Assembly (NCBI RefSeq): GCF_024700885.2
Contig: NZ_CP117016.1
DNA: 64,000 bases
Reading direction: 5' to 3' (one strand)
Source of the DNA: Escherichia coli
Lineage (GTDB): Bacteria; Pseudomonadota; Gammaproteobacteria; Enterobacterales; Enterobacteriaceae
The notes under the pieces are model-generated. The model was not told where the DNA came from, did not search any database, and was given only the letters and a program-made list of their open reading frames with translations. Below, piece after piece: positions 10,481-21,000 of the stretch (position 1 is its first letter; each line of letters opens with the position of its first letter). Both the position numbers and the translations under genes were made by a program.

Positions 10481-11143
10481 ATGAAAACAAAATTGATGAC
10501 ATTACAAGACGCCACCGGCTTCTTTCGTGACGGCATGACCATCATGGTGGGCGGATTTATGGGGATTGGCACTCCATCCCGCCTGGTTGAAGCATTACTG
10601 GAATCTGGTGTTCGCGACCTGACATTGATAGCCAATGATACCGCGTTTGTTGATACTGGCATCGGTCCGCTCATCGTCAATGGTCGAGTCCGCAAAGTGA
10701 TTGCTTCACATATCGGCACCAACCCGGAAACAGGTCGGCGCATGATATCTGGTGAGATGGACGTCGTTCTGGTGCCGCAAGGTACGCTAATCGAGCAAAT
10801 TCGCTGTGGTGGAGCTGGACTTGGTGGTTTTCTCACCCCAACGGGTGTCGGCACCGTCGTAGAGGAAGGCAAACAGACACTGACACTCGACGGTAAAACC
10901 TGGCTGCTCGAACGCCCACTGCGCGCCGACCTGGCGCTAATTCGCGCTCATCGTTGCGACACACTTGGCAACCTGACCTATCACCTTAGCGCCCGCAACT
11001 TTAACCCCCTGATAGCCCTTGCGGCTGATATCACGCTGGTAGAGCCAGATGAACTGGTCGAAACCGGCGAGCTGCAACCTGACCATATTGTCACCCCTGG
11101 TGCCGTTATCGACCACATCATCGTTTCACAGGAGAGCAAATAA
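10481..11143 (+). CDS. atoD: Acetate/acetoacetate CoA-transferase alpha subunit AtoD, 220 aa
   Basis: 220-aa [29 protein letters not shown]; operon context. Confidence 0.9.
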   Translation: MKTKLMTLQDATGFFRDGMTIMVGGFMGIGTPSRLVEALLESGVRDLTLIANDTAFVDTGIGPLIVNGRVRKVIASHIGTNPETGRRMISGEMDVVLVPQGTLIEQIRCGGAGLGGFLTPTGVGTVVEEGKQTLTLDGKTWLLERPLRADLALIRAHRCDTLGNLTYHLSARNFNPLIALAADITLVEPDELVETGELQPDHIVTPGAVIDHIIVSQESK

Positions 11144-11793
11144 TGGATGCGAAACAACGTATTGCGCGCCGTGTGGCGCAAGAGCTTCGTGATGGTGACA
11201 TCGTTAACTTAGGGATCGGTTTACCCACAATGGTCGCCAATTATTTACCGGAGGGTATTCATATCACTCTGCAATCGGAAAACGGCTTCCTCGGTTTAGG
11301 CCCGGTCACGACAGCGCATCCAGATCTGGTGAACGCTGGCGGGCAACCGTGCGGTGTTTTACCCGGTGCAGCCATGTTTGATAGCGCCATGTCATTTGCG
11401 CTAATCCGCGGCGGTCATATTGATGCCTGCGTGCTCGGCGGTTTGCAAGTAGACGAAGAAGCAAACCTCGCGAACTGGGTAGTGCCTGGGAAAATGGTGC
11501 CCGGTATGGGTGGCGCGATGGATCTGGTGACCGGGTCGCGCAAAGTGATCATCGCCATGGAACATTGTGCCAAAGATGGTTCAGCAAAAATTTTGCGCCG
11601 CTGCACCATGCCACTCACTGCGCAACATGCGGTGCATATGCTGGTTACTGAACTGGCTGTCTTTCGTTTTATTGACGGCAAAATGTGGCTCACCGAAATT
11701 GCCGACGGGTGTGATTTAGCCACCGTGCGTGCCAAAACCGAAGCTCGGTTTGAAGTCGCCGCCGATCTGAATACGCAACGGGGTGATTTATGA
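11143..11793 (+). CDS. atoA: Acetate/acetoacetate CoA-transferase beta subunit AtoA, 216 aa
   Basis: 216-aa [31 protein letters not shown]; start overlaps the atoD stop. Confidence 0.9.
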   Translation: MDAKQRIARRVAQELRDGDIVNLGIGLPTMVANYLPEGIHITLQSENGFLGLGPVTTAHPDLVNAGGQPCGVLPGAAMFDSAMSFALIRGGHIDACVLGGLQVDEEANLANWVVPGKMVPGMGGAMDLVTGSRKVIIAMEHCAKDGSAKILRRCTMPLTAQHAVHMLVTELAVFRFIDGKMWLTEIADGCDLATVRAKTEARFEVAADLNTQRGDL

Positions 11794-13112
11794 TTGGTCG
11801 CATATCGCGTTTTATGACGCGTTTTGTCAGCCGGTGGCTTCCCGATCCACTGATCTTTGCCATGTTGCTGACATTGCTAACTTTCGTGATCGCGCTTTGG
11901 TTAACACCACAAACGCCGATCAGCATGGTGAAAATGTGGGGTGACGGTTTCTGGAACTTGCTGGCGTTTGGTATGCAGATGGCGCTTATCATCGTTACCG
12001 GTCATGCCCTTGCCAGCTCTGCTCCGGTAAAAAGTTTGCTGCGTACTGCCGCCTCCGCCGCAAAGACGCCCGTACAGGGCGTCATGCTGGTTACTTTCTT
12101 CGGTTCAGTCGCTTGTGTCATCAACTGGGGATTTGGTTTGGTTGTCGGCGCAATGTTTGCCCGTGAAGTCGCCCGCCGAGTACCCGGTTCTGATTATCCG
12201 TTGCTCATTGCCTGCGCCTACATTGGTTTTCTCACCTGGGGTGGCGGTTTCTCTGGCTCAATGCCTCTGTTGGCTGCAACACCGGGCAACCCGGTTGAGC
12301 ATATCGCCGGGCTGATCCCGGTGGGCGATACTCTGTTCAGTGGTTTTAACATTTTCATCACTGTGGCGTTGATTGTGGTGATGCCATTTATCACCCGCAT
12401 GATGATGCCAAAACCGTCTGACGTGGTGAGTATCGATCCGAAACTACTCATGGAAGAGGCTGATTTCCAAAAGCAGCTACCGAAAGATGCCCCACCATCC
12501 GAGCGACTGGAAGAAAGCCGCATTCTGACGTTGATCATCGGCGCACTCGGTATCGCTTACCTTGCGATGTACTTCAGCGAACATGGCTTCAACATCACCA
12601 TCAATACCGTCAACCTGATGTTTATGATTGCGGGTCTGCTGCTACATAAAACGCCAATGGCTTATATGCGTGCTATCAGCGCGGCAGCACGCAGTACTGC
12701 CGGTATTCTAGTGCAATTCCCCTTCTACGCTGGGATCCAACTGATGATGGAGCATTCCGGTCTGGGCGGACTCATTACCGAATTCTTCATCAATGTTGCG
12801 AACAAAGACACCTTCCCGGTAATGACCTTTTTTAGTTCTGCACTGATTAACTTCGCCGTTCCGTCTGGCGGCGGTCACTGGGTTATTCAGGGACCTTTCG
12901 TGATACCCGCAGCCCAGGCGCTGGGCGCTGATCTTGGTAAATCGGTAATGGCGATCGCCTACGGCGAGCAATGGATGAACATGGCACAACCATTCTGGGC
13001 GCTGCCAGCACTGGCAATCGCCGGACTCGGTGTCCGCGACATCATGGGCTATTGCATCACTGCCCTGCTCTTCTCCGGCGTCATTTTCGTCATTGGTTTA
13101 ACGCTGTTCTGA
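11790..13112 (+). CDS. atoE: Short-chain fatty acid transporter AtoE, 440 aa
   Basis: 440-aa polytopic membrane protein; start overlaps the atoA stop. Confidence 0.9.
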   Translation: MIGRISRFMTRFVSRWLPDPLIFAMLLTLLTFVIALWLTPQTPISMVKMWGDGFWNLLAFGMQMALIIVTGHALASSAPVKSLLRTAASAAKTPVQGVMLVTFFGSVACVINWGFGLVVGAMFAREVARRVPGSDYPLLIACAYIGFLTWGGGFSGSMPLLAATPGNPVEHIAGLIPVGDTLFSGFNIFITVALIVVMPFITRMMMPKPSDVVSIDPKLLMEEADFQKQLPKDAPPSERLEESRILTLIIGALGIAYLAMYFSEHGFNITINTVNLMFMIAGLLLHKTPMAYMRAISAAARSTAGILVQFPFYAGIQLMMEHSGLGGLITEFFINVANKDTFPVMTFFSSALINFAVPSGGGHWVIQGPFVIPAAQALGADLGKSVMAIAYGEQWMNMAQPFWALPALAIAGLGVRDIMGYCITALLFSGVIFVIGLTLF

Positions 13113-13142
13113 CGGCAACCCTACAGACAGAAGGAATAAAAA

Positions 13143-14327
13143 ATGAAAAATTGTGTCATCGTCAGTGCGGTACGTACTGCTATCGGTAGTTTTAACGGTT
13201 CACTCGCTTCCACCAGCGCCATCGACCTGGGGGCGACAGTAATTAAAGCCGCCATTGAACGTGCAAAAATCGATTCACTACACATTGATGAAGTGATTAT
13301 GGGTAACGTGTTGCAAGCCGGGTTGGGGCAAAATCCGGCACGTCAGGCACTGTTAAAAAGCGGGCTGGCAGAAACGGTGTGCGGATTCACGGTCAATAAA
13401 GTGTGTGGTTCGGGTCTTAAAAGTGTGGCGCTTGCCGCCCAGGCAATTCAGGCAGGTCAGGCGCAAAGCATTGTGGCGGGGGGTATGGAAAATATGAGTT
13501 TAGCGCCCTACTTACTCGATGCAAAAGCACGCTCTGGTTATCGTCTTGGAGACGGACAGGTTTATGACGTAATCCTGCGCGATGGTCTGATGTGCGCCAC
13601 CCATGGTTATCATATGGGGATTACCGCCGAGAACGTGGCCAAAGAGTACGGAATTACCCGAGAAATGCAGGATGAACTGGCGCTACATTCACAGCGTAAA
13701 GCGGCAGCCGCAATTGAGTCCGGTGCTTTTACAGCCGAAATCGTCCCGGTAAATGTTGTCACTCGGAAGAAAACCTTCGTCTTCAGTCAAGACGAATTCC
13801 CGAAAGCGGATTCTACGACTGAAGCGTTAGGCGCATTGCGCCCGGCCTTCGATAAAGCAGGAACAGTCACCGCCGGGAACGCGTCTGGTATTAACGACGG
13901 TGCTGCCGCTCTGGTGATTATGGAAGAATCTGCGGCGCTGGCAGCAGGCCTTACCCCCCTGGCTCGCATTAAAAGTTATGCCAGCGGTGGCGTGCCCCCC
14001 GCATTGATGGGTATGGGGCCAGTACCTGCCACGCAAAAAGCGTTACAACTGGCGGGGCTGCAACTGGCGGATATTGATCTCATTGAGGCTAATGAAGCAT
14101 TTGCTGCACAGTTCCTTGCCGTTGGGAAAACCCTGGGCTTTGATTCTGAGAAAGTGAATGTCAACGGCGGGGCCATCGCGCTCGGGCATCCTATCGGTGC
14201 CAGTGGTGCTCGTATTCTGGTCACACTATTACATGCCATGCAGGCACGCGATAAAACGCTGGGGCTGGCAACACTGTGCATTGGTGGCGGCCAGGGAATT
14301 GCGATGGTGATTGAACGGTTGAATTAA
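13143..14327 (+). CDS. atoB: Acetyl-CoA acetyltransferase (thiolase II) AtoB, 394 aa
   Basis: 394-aa [24 protein letters not shown]; thiolase active-site region NKVCGSGLK. Confidence 0.92.
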   Translation: MKNCVIVSAVRTAIGSFNGSLASTSAIDLGATVIKAAIERAKIDSLHIDEVIMGNVLQAGLGQNPARQALLKSGLAETVCGFTVNKVCGSGLKSVALAAQAIQAGQAQSIVAGGMENMSLAPYLLDAKARSGYRLGDGQVYDVILRDGLMCATHGYHMGITAENVAKEYGITREMQDELALHSQRKAAAAIESGAFTAEIVPVNVVTRKKTFVFSQDEFPKADSTTEALGALRPAFDKAGTVTAGNASGINDGAAALVIMEESAALAAGLTPLARIKSYASGGVPPALMGMGPVPATQKALQLAGLQLADIDLIEANEAFAAQFLAVGKTLGFDSEKVNVNGGAIALGHPIGASGARILVTLLHAMQARDKTLGLATLCIGGGQGIAMVIERLN

Positions 14328-14406
14328 CAAATCAGAACCACTCGCATGGCGGGTGGTTATCTGTTTCAGCCACGATGCGCCAGAAACAGACTAAAGTCAG
14401 AAAAGT

Positions 14407-14431
14407 AAAGGGCCGAATTTTCGGCCCTTTT
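14407..14431. terminator. Bidirectional rho-independent terminator shared by convergent atoB and gyrA
   Basis: Perfect palindrome AAAGGGCCGAA-TT-TTCGGCCCTTT flanked by an A-run on one side and a T-run on the other; 8 bp from the gyrA stop. Confidence 0.7.
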
Positions 14432-14438
14432 AACTTGA

Positions 14439-17075
14439 TTACTCGTCAGCGTCGTCTGCGACATCATCGTCGCTTTCCACTTCCGGAGCGATTTCATCGT
14501 CCCCTTCCGCGGCACTGCCATCGATGGTATCCAGATCTTCCTCGTCAACCGGTTCAGCAACACGTTGCAGACCCACTACGTTTTCATCTTCCGCAGTACG
14601 GATGAGGATCACGCCCTGGGTGTTACGACCTACGATGCTGATTTCCGAAACGCGAGTACGTACCAGCGTACCGGCATCAGTGATCATCATGATCTGGTCG
14701 CAGTCATCTACCTGCACCGCGCCAACCACTAAACCGTTACGTTCGGTAACCTTGATGGAGATAACCCCTTTCGTCGCACGCGACTTAGTCGGGTATTCCG
14801 CCACTGCGGTACGTTTACCATAACCGTTCTGCGTTGCGGTGAGGATTGCGCCATCGCCACGAGGCACGATCAGAGAGACGACTTTATCGCCTTCACCTAA
14901 GCGAATACCGCGAACACCGGTGGTGTTGCAGCCCATCGCACGGACAGAAGACTCTTTAAAGCGCACCACTTTACCTTCGGCGGAGAACAGCATTACTTCA
15001 TCTTCGCCGCTGGTCAGGTCAACGCCGATCAGCTCATCGCCTTCAACCAGTTTGATCGCCACTTTACCGGCGGTACGCAGACGGTTGAATTCGGTGAGGA
15101 CGGTTTTCTTAACAGTACCGTTAGCGGTCGCCATGAAGACTTTCACGCCTTCTTCAAACTCGGTCACCGGCAGGATCGCGGTGATACGTTCGTCCTGCTC
15201 CAGCGGCAGCAGGTTGACAATCGGACGACCGCGCGCGCCACGAGTGGCTTCCGGCAACTGATAGACTTTCATCGAATAGACGCGACCACGGCTGGAGAAG
15301 CACAGAATATGGTCGTGGGTGTTCGCCACCAGCAGTCGGTCAATAAAGTCTTCTTCTTTAATACGTGCGGCAGATTTGCCTTTCCCGCCACGACGCTGCG
15401 CTTCGTATTCAGAAAGCGGCTGATACTTCACGTAGCCCTGGTGAGAGAGCGTCACAACCACATCTTCCTGAGTGATCAGATCTTCCAGGTTGATGTCTGC
15501 GCTGTTGGCGGTGATTTCAGTGCGACGTTTGTCACCGAACTGTTCACGAACCAGTTCCAGCTCTTCGCGGATCACTTCCATCAGACGATCGGCACTGCCA
15601 AGAATACGCAGCAGTTCTGCGATCTGATCCAGCAGCTCTTTATATTCGTCGAGCAGTTTTTCGTGCTCAAGGCCGGTCAGTTTCTGCAAACGCAGATCCA
15701 GAATCGCCTGGGCTTGCTGTTCGGTCAGGTAGTACAGACCGTCACGCACGCCGAACTCTGGCTCCAGCCATTCCGGACGCGCAGCATCATCGCCCGCACG
15801 TTCGAGCATGGCGGCAACGTTGCCCAACTGCCACGGATTAGCAACCAGCGCAGTTTTCGCTTCTGCAGGCGTCGGCGCATGACGGATCAGTTCGATGATC
15901 GGGTCGATGTTCGCCAGCGCCACGGCTAATGCTTCAAGGATATGAGCACGATCGCGAGCTTTACGCAGTTCGAAAATAGTACGACGGGTCACCACTTCAC
16001 GGCGGTGACGAACAAACGCCGCGATGATGTCTTTCAGGTTCATGATCTTCGGCTGACCATGGTGCAATGCCACCATGTTGATACCGAAAGAAACCTGCAA
16101 CTGGGTCTGGGAGTAGAGGTTGTTAAGCACAACTTCACCGACCGCATCGCGTTTCACTTCAATCACGATGCGCATACCGTCTTTGTCAGACTCGTCACGC
16201 AGCGCGCTGATGCCTTCCACGCGTTTTTCTTTTACCAGTTCCGCAATCTTCTCGATCAGGCGCGCTTTGTTCACCTGATACGGAATTTCGTGGACGATAA
16301 TGGTTTCACGTCCGGTTTTGGCGTCAACTTCCACTTCAGCACGGGCGCGGATATATACCTTGCCGCGACCGGTACGGTAAGCTTCTTCAATACCGCGACG
16401 ACCATTAATGATTGCCGCCGTCGGGAAGTCCGGCCCAGGAATGTGTTCCATCAGCCCTTCAATGCTGATGTCTTCATCATCGATATACGCCAGACAACCG
16501 TTGATGACTTCCGTCAGGTTGTGCGGCGGGATGTTGGTTGCCATACCTACGGCGATACCGGAAGAACCGTTCACCAGCAGGTTAGGAATTTTGGTTGGCA
16601 TGACGTCGGGAATTTTTTCCGTGCCGTCATAGTTATCAACGAAATCGACCGTCTCTTTTTCGAGATCGGCCATCAGTTCATGGGCAATTTTCGCCAGACG
16701 GATTTCCGTATAACGCATTGCCGCCGCAGAGTCGCCGTCGATGGAACCGAAGTTACCCTGACCGTCTACCAGCATGTAACGCAGCGAGAATGGCTGCGCC
16801 ATACGGACGATCGTGTCATAAACCGCCAAGTCACCATGGGGATGGTATTTACCGATTACGTCACCAACGACACGGGCAGATTTTTTATAGGCTTTGTTCC
16901 AGTCATTGCCTAGTACGTTCATGGCGTAAAGTACGCGACGGTGTACCGGCTTCAGGCCATCTCGGACATCTGGCAGCGCACGGCCAACAATGACCGACAT
17001 CGCATAATCCAGATAGGAGCTCTTCAGCTCTTCCTCAATGTTGACCGGTGTAATTTCTCTCGCAAGGTCGCTCAT
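14439..17075 (-). CDS. gyrA: DNA gyrase subunit A, 878 aa, carrying Ser83Leu (quinolone-resistance-determining region)
   Basis: [21 protein letters not shown]...; residues 80-87 read HGDLAVYD (wild type HGDSAVYD); codon 83 is TTG at 16829-16827 on the minus strand; Asp87 unchanged. Confidence 0.97.
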   Translation of the reverse strand: MSDLAREITPVNIEEELKSSYLDYAMSVIVGRALPDVRDGLKPVHRRVLYAMNVLGNDWNKAYKKSARVVGDVIGKYHPHGDLAVYDTIVRMAQPFSLRYMLVDGQGNFGSIDGDSAAAMRYTEIRLAKIAHELMADLEKETVDFVDNYDGTEKIPDVMPTKIPNLLVNGSSGIAVGMATNIPPHNLTEVINGCLAYIDDEDISIEGLMEHIPGPDFPTAAIINGRRGIEEAYRTGRGKVYIRARAEVEVDAKTGRETIIVHEIPYQVNKARLIEKIAELVKEKRVEGISALRDESDKDGMRIVIEVKRDAVGEVVLNNLYSQTQLQVSFGINMVALHHGQPKIMNLKDIIAAFVRHRREVVTRRTIFELRKARDRAHILEALAVALANIDPIIELIRHAPTPAEAKTALVANPWQLGNVAAMLERAGDDAARPEWLEPEFGVRDGLYYLTEQQAQAILDLRLQKLTGLEHEKLLDEYKELLDQIAELLRILGSADRLMEVIREELELVREQFGDKRRTEITANSADINLEDLITQEDVVVTLSHQGYVKYQPLSEYEAQRRGGKGKSAARIKEEDFIDRLLVANTHDHILCFSSRGRVYSMKVYQLPEATRGARGRPIVNLLPLEQDERITAILPVTEFEEGVKVFMATANGTVKKTVLTEFNRLRTAGKVAIKLVEGDELIGVDLTSGEDEVMLFSAEGKVVRFKESSVRAMGCNTTGVRGIRLGEGDKVVSLIVPRGDGAILTATQNGYGKRTAVAEYPTKSRATKGVISIKVTERNGLVVGAVQVDDCDQIMMITDAGTLVRTRVSEISIVGRNTQGVILIRTAEDENVVGLQRVAEPVDEEDLDTIDGSAAEGDDEIAPEVESDDDVADDADE

Positions 17076-17221
17076 CTAACCGCTATCCCTCTACTGTATC
17101 CCGGATTCAAAGGTCGCAAATTATAACACAGCCGCGCAGTTTGAGGTAAACCTATACGCTTTATTCACATCCAATGCCTGATATACTCGTTTGTCTTGCC
17201 AATTACGGAGTAGAAGTGCCA

Positions 17222-17944
17222 ATGAATGCCGAAAAATCGCCGGTAAACCATAACGTAGACCACGAAGAGATCGCTAAATTTGAAGCTGTCGCCTCCCGCT
17301 GGTGGGATCTTGAAGGTGAGTTCAAACCGCTGCACCGCATTAACCCGCTGCGTCTGGGCTATATTGCCGAGCGTGCTGGCGGTTTATTTGGCAAAAAGGT
17401 GCTCGATGTCGGTTGTGGCGGCGGCATTCTGGCCGAGAGTATGGCGCGCGAAGGCGCGACGGTGACCGGTCTGGATATGGGCTTTGAGCCATTGCAGGTG
17501 GCAAAGCTGCACGCGCTGGAAAGCGGCATTCAGGTGGATTACGTGCAGGAAACCGTGGAAGAGCACGCGGCAAAACATGCCGGGCAGTATGATGTGGTGA
17601 CCTGCATGGAGATGCTGGAGCACGTGCCCGATCCGCAGTCAGTGGTAAGAGCCTGTGCGCAACTGGTGAAACCGGGCGGCGATGTCTTTTTCTCGACGCT
17701 TAACCGTAACGGCAAGTCGTGGCTGATGGCGGTGGTTGGCGCGGAATATATTTTGCGCATGGTGCCCAAAGGTACGCATGATGTGAAGAAGTTTATTAAA
17801 CCGGCAGAACTGCTTGGCTGGGTAGATCAGACAAGCCTTAAAGAGCGACATATAACCGGGTTACATTACAACCCGATCACTAATACTTTTAAACTCGGCC
17901 CCGGCGTCGATGTGAACTATATGCTGCACACGCAGAATAAGTGA
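17222..17944 (+). CDS. ubiG: Ubiquinone biosynthesis O-methyltransferase UbiG, 240 aa
   Basis: Start set to ATG at 17222 ([16 protein letters not shown]...); SAM-binding motif VLDVGCGGG; the ORF-track start at 17174 is an extension. Confidence 0.93.
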
Positions 17945-17959
17945 GGTTGTTGTTTGGAT

Positions 17960-18066
17960 TCATCCGGCAACCGCGCCAATGCCTGATGCGACGCTTGCCG
18001 CGCCTTATCAGGCCTACAAATGCTCCCGTAGGCCAGATAAGGCGTTTACGCCGCATCCGGCAATAG
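17960..18066. repeat. REP elements (BIME-like cluster) between ubiG and yfaL
   Basis: GCCTGATGCGACGCTTGCCGCGCCTTATCAGGCCTAC and GCCGGATGCGGCGTAAACGCCTTATCTGGCCTAC units; source of the spurious MPDATLAAPYQ ORF. Confidence 0.7.
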
Positions 18067-18083
18067 TGCCGGTCAGACAGCGA

Positions 18084-21000
18084 TTACCATTTCACCGTCA
18101 TCGACAAAAACCCTGCCGTCTGGGCAAAATCATCACTCCCTTTCTGCCACGCCACGCTACCACGCAGGGACACTCGCTGACTGATATTGCCCGTGACTCC
18201 CACTTTTAATTCACCCCGTTGCTTCACCGCATCGTCACTGATAGTGCTGCCATCTTCTTCAATTTCCGTCGCATGCGGATCGTGATAATAATTCAGATCT
18301 AATGTTGGTATGACATGAACAGCGGTACGCCATTCGCTGTGTAAACCCAGCCGCGTTTGAATATCATCACCCTGCGATTGTGACACGCGCGCATGGTTAG
18401 CGGCGGTAAAATCATCCTGCTGCACGCCCTGATAAATCACCTGCGCCTGCGGTTCAATCACCACACCACGCCCCGGTAACCACTGATACCCGGCTTCCAG
18501 CGAGGCGATAATCCCCGATGAGTGGTAATGATCCACGCCATCTTCATGTTCGGAAACATCATTGTTAAACCACGCGTATTGCAGCCAGCTATCCAGCCAG
18601 GCCCCCTGCTTCTGATTACCGTGCTGAAACCAGCTTGAGGTCAGACCAACGGCATAACCGTGGTTCTGGTTATCGGCGCGAGTTCCGGTCATATTCGAGC
18701 GGCTGTCGCCCTGGTTATCACTGTAGCCACCAACCGCCCCAAGCATCCACTCGCCATCCGTGCCCCAGCACCCGCTAAACAAGTCGCCGCTAAGCTGCAC
18801 CGTAGAAGTGTCTTCATGCTGAGCCAGTTGCCCCGCTGCTGTGTAATGATAATCTCCGCCGATAACACGTAAATTCAGCGTCTGACCATCGCCACCAGCG
18901 TGATCGTGTCGCTCCATCACAAACGCCTGATTTGCCGCCCGCAGGTTATTAAAATATCCACCAACTTTGGCATTCAACACCGGCTGGTAGGCAGGCGTAG
19001 GGTCCGGGGCCGGGTCGGGTGTTGGATCAGGATCCGGCGTGGGATCAGGATCGGGAGTCGGGTCTGGATCAGGTGGCGATGGTGGCGTTACTTCTTGCGA
19101 TCGCAGATACCAGTCGTTGTTATCTTCCACCAGCGTGTAGTCATATGCTCCCATATTGACGTAGCCGCTGCCTGCCAGACTGAATTGCGCATTGTTTTGA
19201 AACTGCGTTGGATCGGCTGCGAAATCAACCACTTTAATGCCTGTCGATGTCGGCTCACCAATCCCTGTAATGGAGTTAACCATCACAGTTGTGTTGCCAG
19301 CAGTATTACCGTTCATCACCAATTGATCGCTTACCGAGTCATCGCCGTTTAATTCGCTATCGAGCAGTAGCGTACCACCGCCGGTATAATCACCGTTTAC
19401 CGTCAGCGTGTCGCCAGCGACGCCATTTTGCAGGCTGACCGCACCGGACGTATTGGTCAGATTGCCATTAACTGTTACGTCGGAAAGATAAGTCAGGCTG
19501 TCAGTTTCAAGGTTGGTATTAAGCTCGCCTGTCAACGTCACGCCATCGGTGGCATTCACCAGCGTCCCATCGCCGTTAAACAGTGAGGCATTAAGGGCGA
19601 TGGAAGTATCCTGCCCGGTCAGGCGCAAAACCGTACCATCGCTGATGTCGATAGTGCCGCTGGAAGTAACATCAATTGACTGAATATCCTGATCCGCGCC
19701 AGTCTTGAACGTTGCCCCGTCACCGACCCACAGCGACGAAGCATAAGGGAAGATATCCGCTACATCGCCTTGCAGCGTGCCTTCTTCGACACGTACCGCC
19801 GACTGCGTCGTACCACTGGCGGTCATTTCCAGCGTACCCGCTCCCGTTTTAGTCAATGTGCTACCCTCATCCAGATGCTGCCCGCTGCTGTCAGCCATCA
19901 GTGCGCCCCACTGCGTGTCTACCCCCGCATCAACCGCCACTTCACCGTCGGCGCGCATTTCAATATCACGCCCGTGACCTGCTGCCTCTGAACGAGTATC
20001 AACGTCAGCGGTAATTTCCATCTCACTTTGTTGTTGGCTATCAGTAAAGATGAGCTGACGGTTTTCGTCGGTATTGCCAAGCTGCGAGTTGTCGCTCACC
20101 ACCAGCGTACCGGAAGCGATTTGCGTGGTGCCCAGGTAACTATTATTGTTTGCCAGGCTAACCAGCCCGTCGCCCGCATCGATCACCACGTAGACGCCAT
20201 CTTTCTCGTCGCCGCCGATATGCAAATTGTCGCCACCTGCGAGATCCACCACATCCTGACTGCCGATAACCGTACCGCCGCTGCCGCTGACTGCAAGGCC
20301 ATCGTTGTATGATGTGCCGCTCTGCCAGGTGGCGAAATCAGAGAGATCAAGCACGCCGCCGTTTAACACGATCGACTGCGGATCGTCCTGGAGAGCGGCA
20401 AGATCTGCCGCGTCGCCTTCCAGCGTAAGCACCGCGCCATCATCAACGACTATATCGCCAGTTAGCGCCATCGACTGAGCCCCTGCCAGCACGTAGCTGC
20501 CGTTTTGCGCAATGGTGAGCTGACCAGCACCTTCGATGGTGCCAGCAAAACTGCCCTGATTAACAGTAACGTTGCCACCAGCATCGATATTTAAAGTGCC
20601 ATTCTGAAAGCCCGTCAATGCGTGCACAAAAGTTTGTTGGGTCGAGCCAACGTTTAGCTCAGCCTGATTCTGATACTGATCAAGACTCCCTATCGTCAGA
20701 CCGTAGCAGTCTTGCGGATCGTCCTGGCAATGAGTATCTCCGACATTCATCAGGGAGTTGCTGCGACCCAGGGTAACCTCACCGTTTTCTATCTGCATCT
20801 CGCCAGTAAAGTCATTGTTATCTGCATTAAGTACCAGATCGCCGGAACCTGTTTTGGTGATTACCCCGGTACCAGCAATAGAGTCAACAACTCCGTCATT
20901 CTCTGTATTGCCGATAACCAGCGTTTTTCCGTCGGCAATATCAAAGGTAACTTCACTTAAGCCGAGATACATAAAGCCGCCCGCCTCAGTGGAAGGACCA

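Noticed and set aside
10414-10872. 152-aa minus-strand ORF spanning the ato promoter and atoD 5' end
   Set aside because: It overlaps the sigma-54 promoter and is antisense to atoD; Pro/Ser/Thr-rich shadow translation.
15309-16913. Two long plus-strand ORFs (206 and 323 aa)
   Set aside because: Both are antisense to gyrA and have low-complexity, Arg/Phe-rich translations typical of shadow frames.
18660-20312. Several plus-strand ORFs of 66-150 aa inside the yfaL region
   Set aside because: They are antisense to the repetitive yfaL passenger domain, with Arg/Trp-rich artefactual translations and no start-site support.
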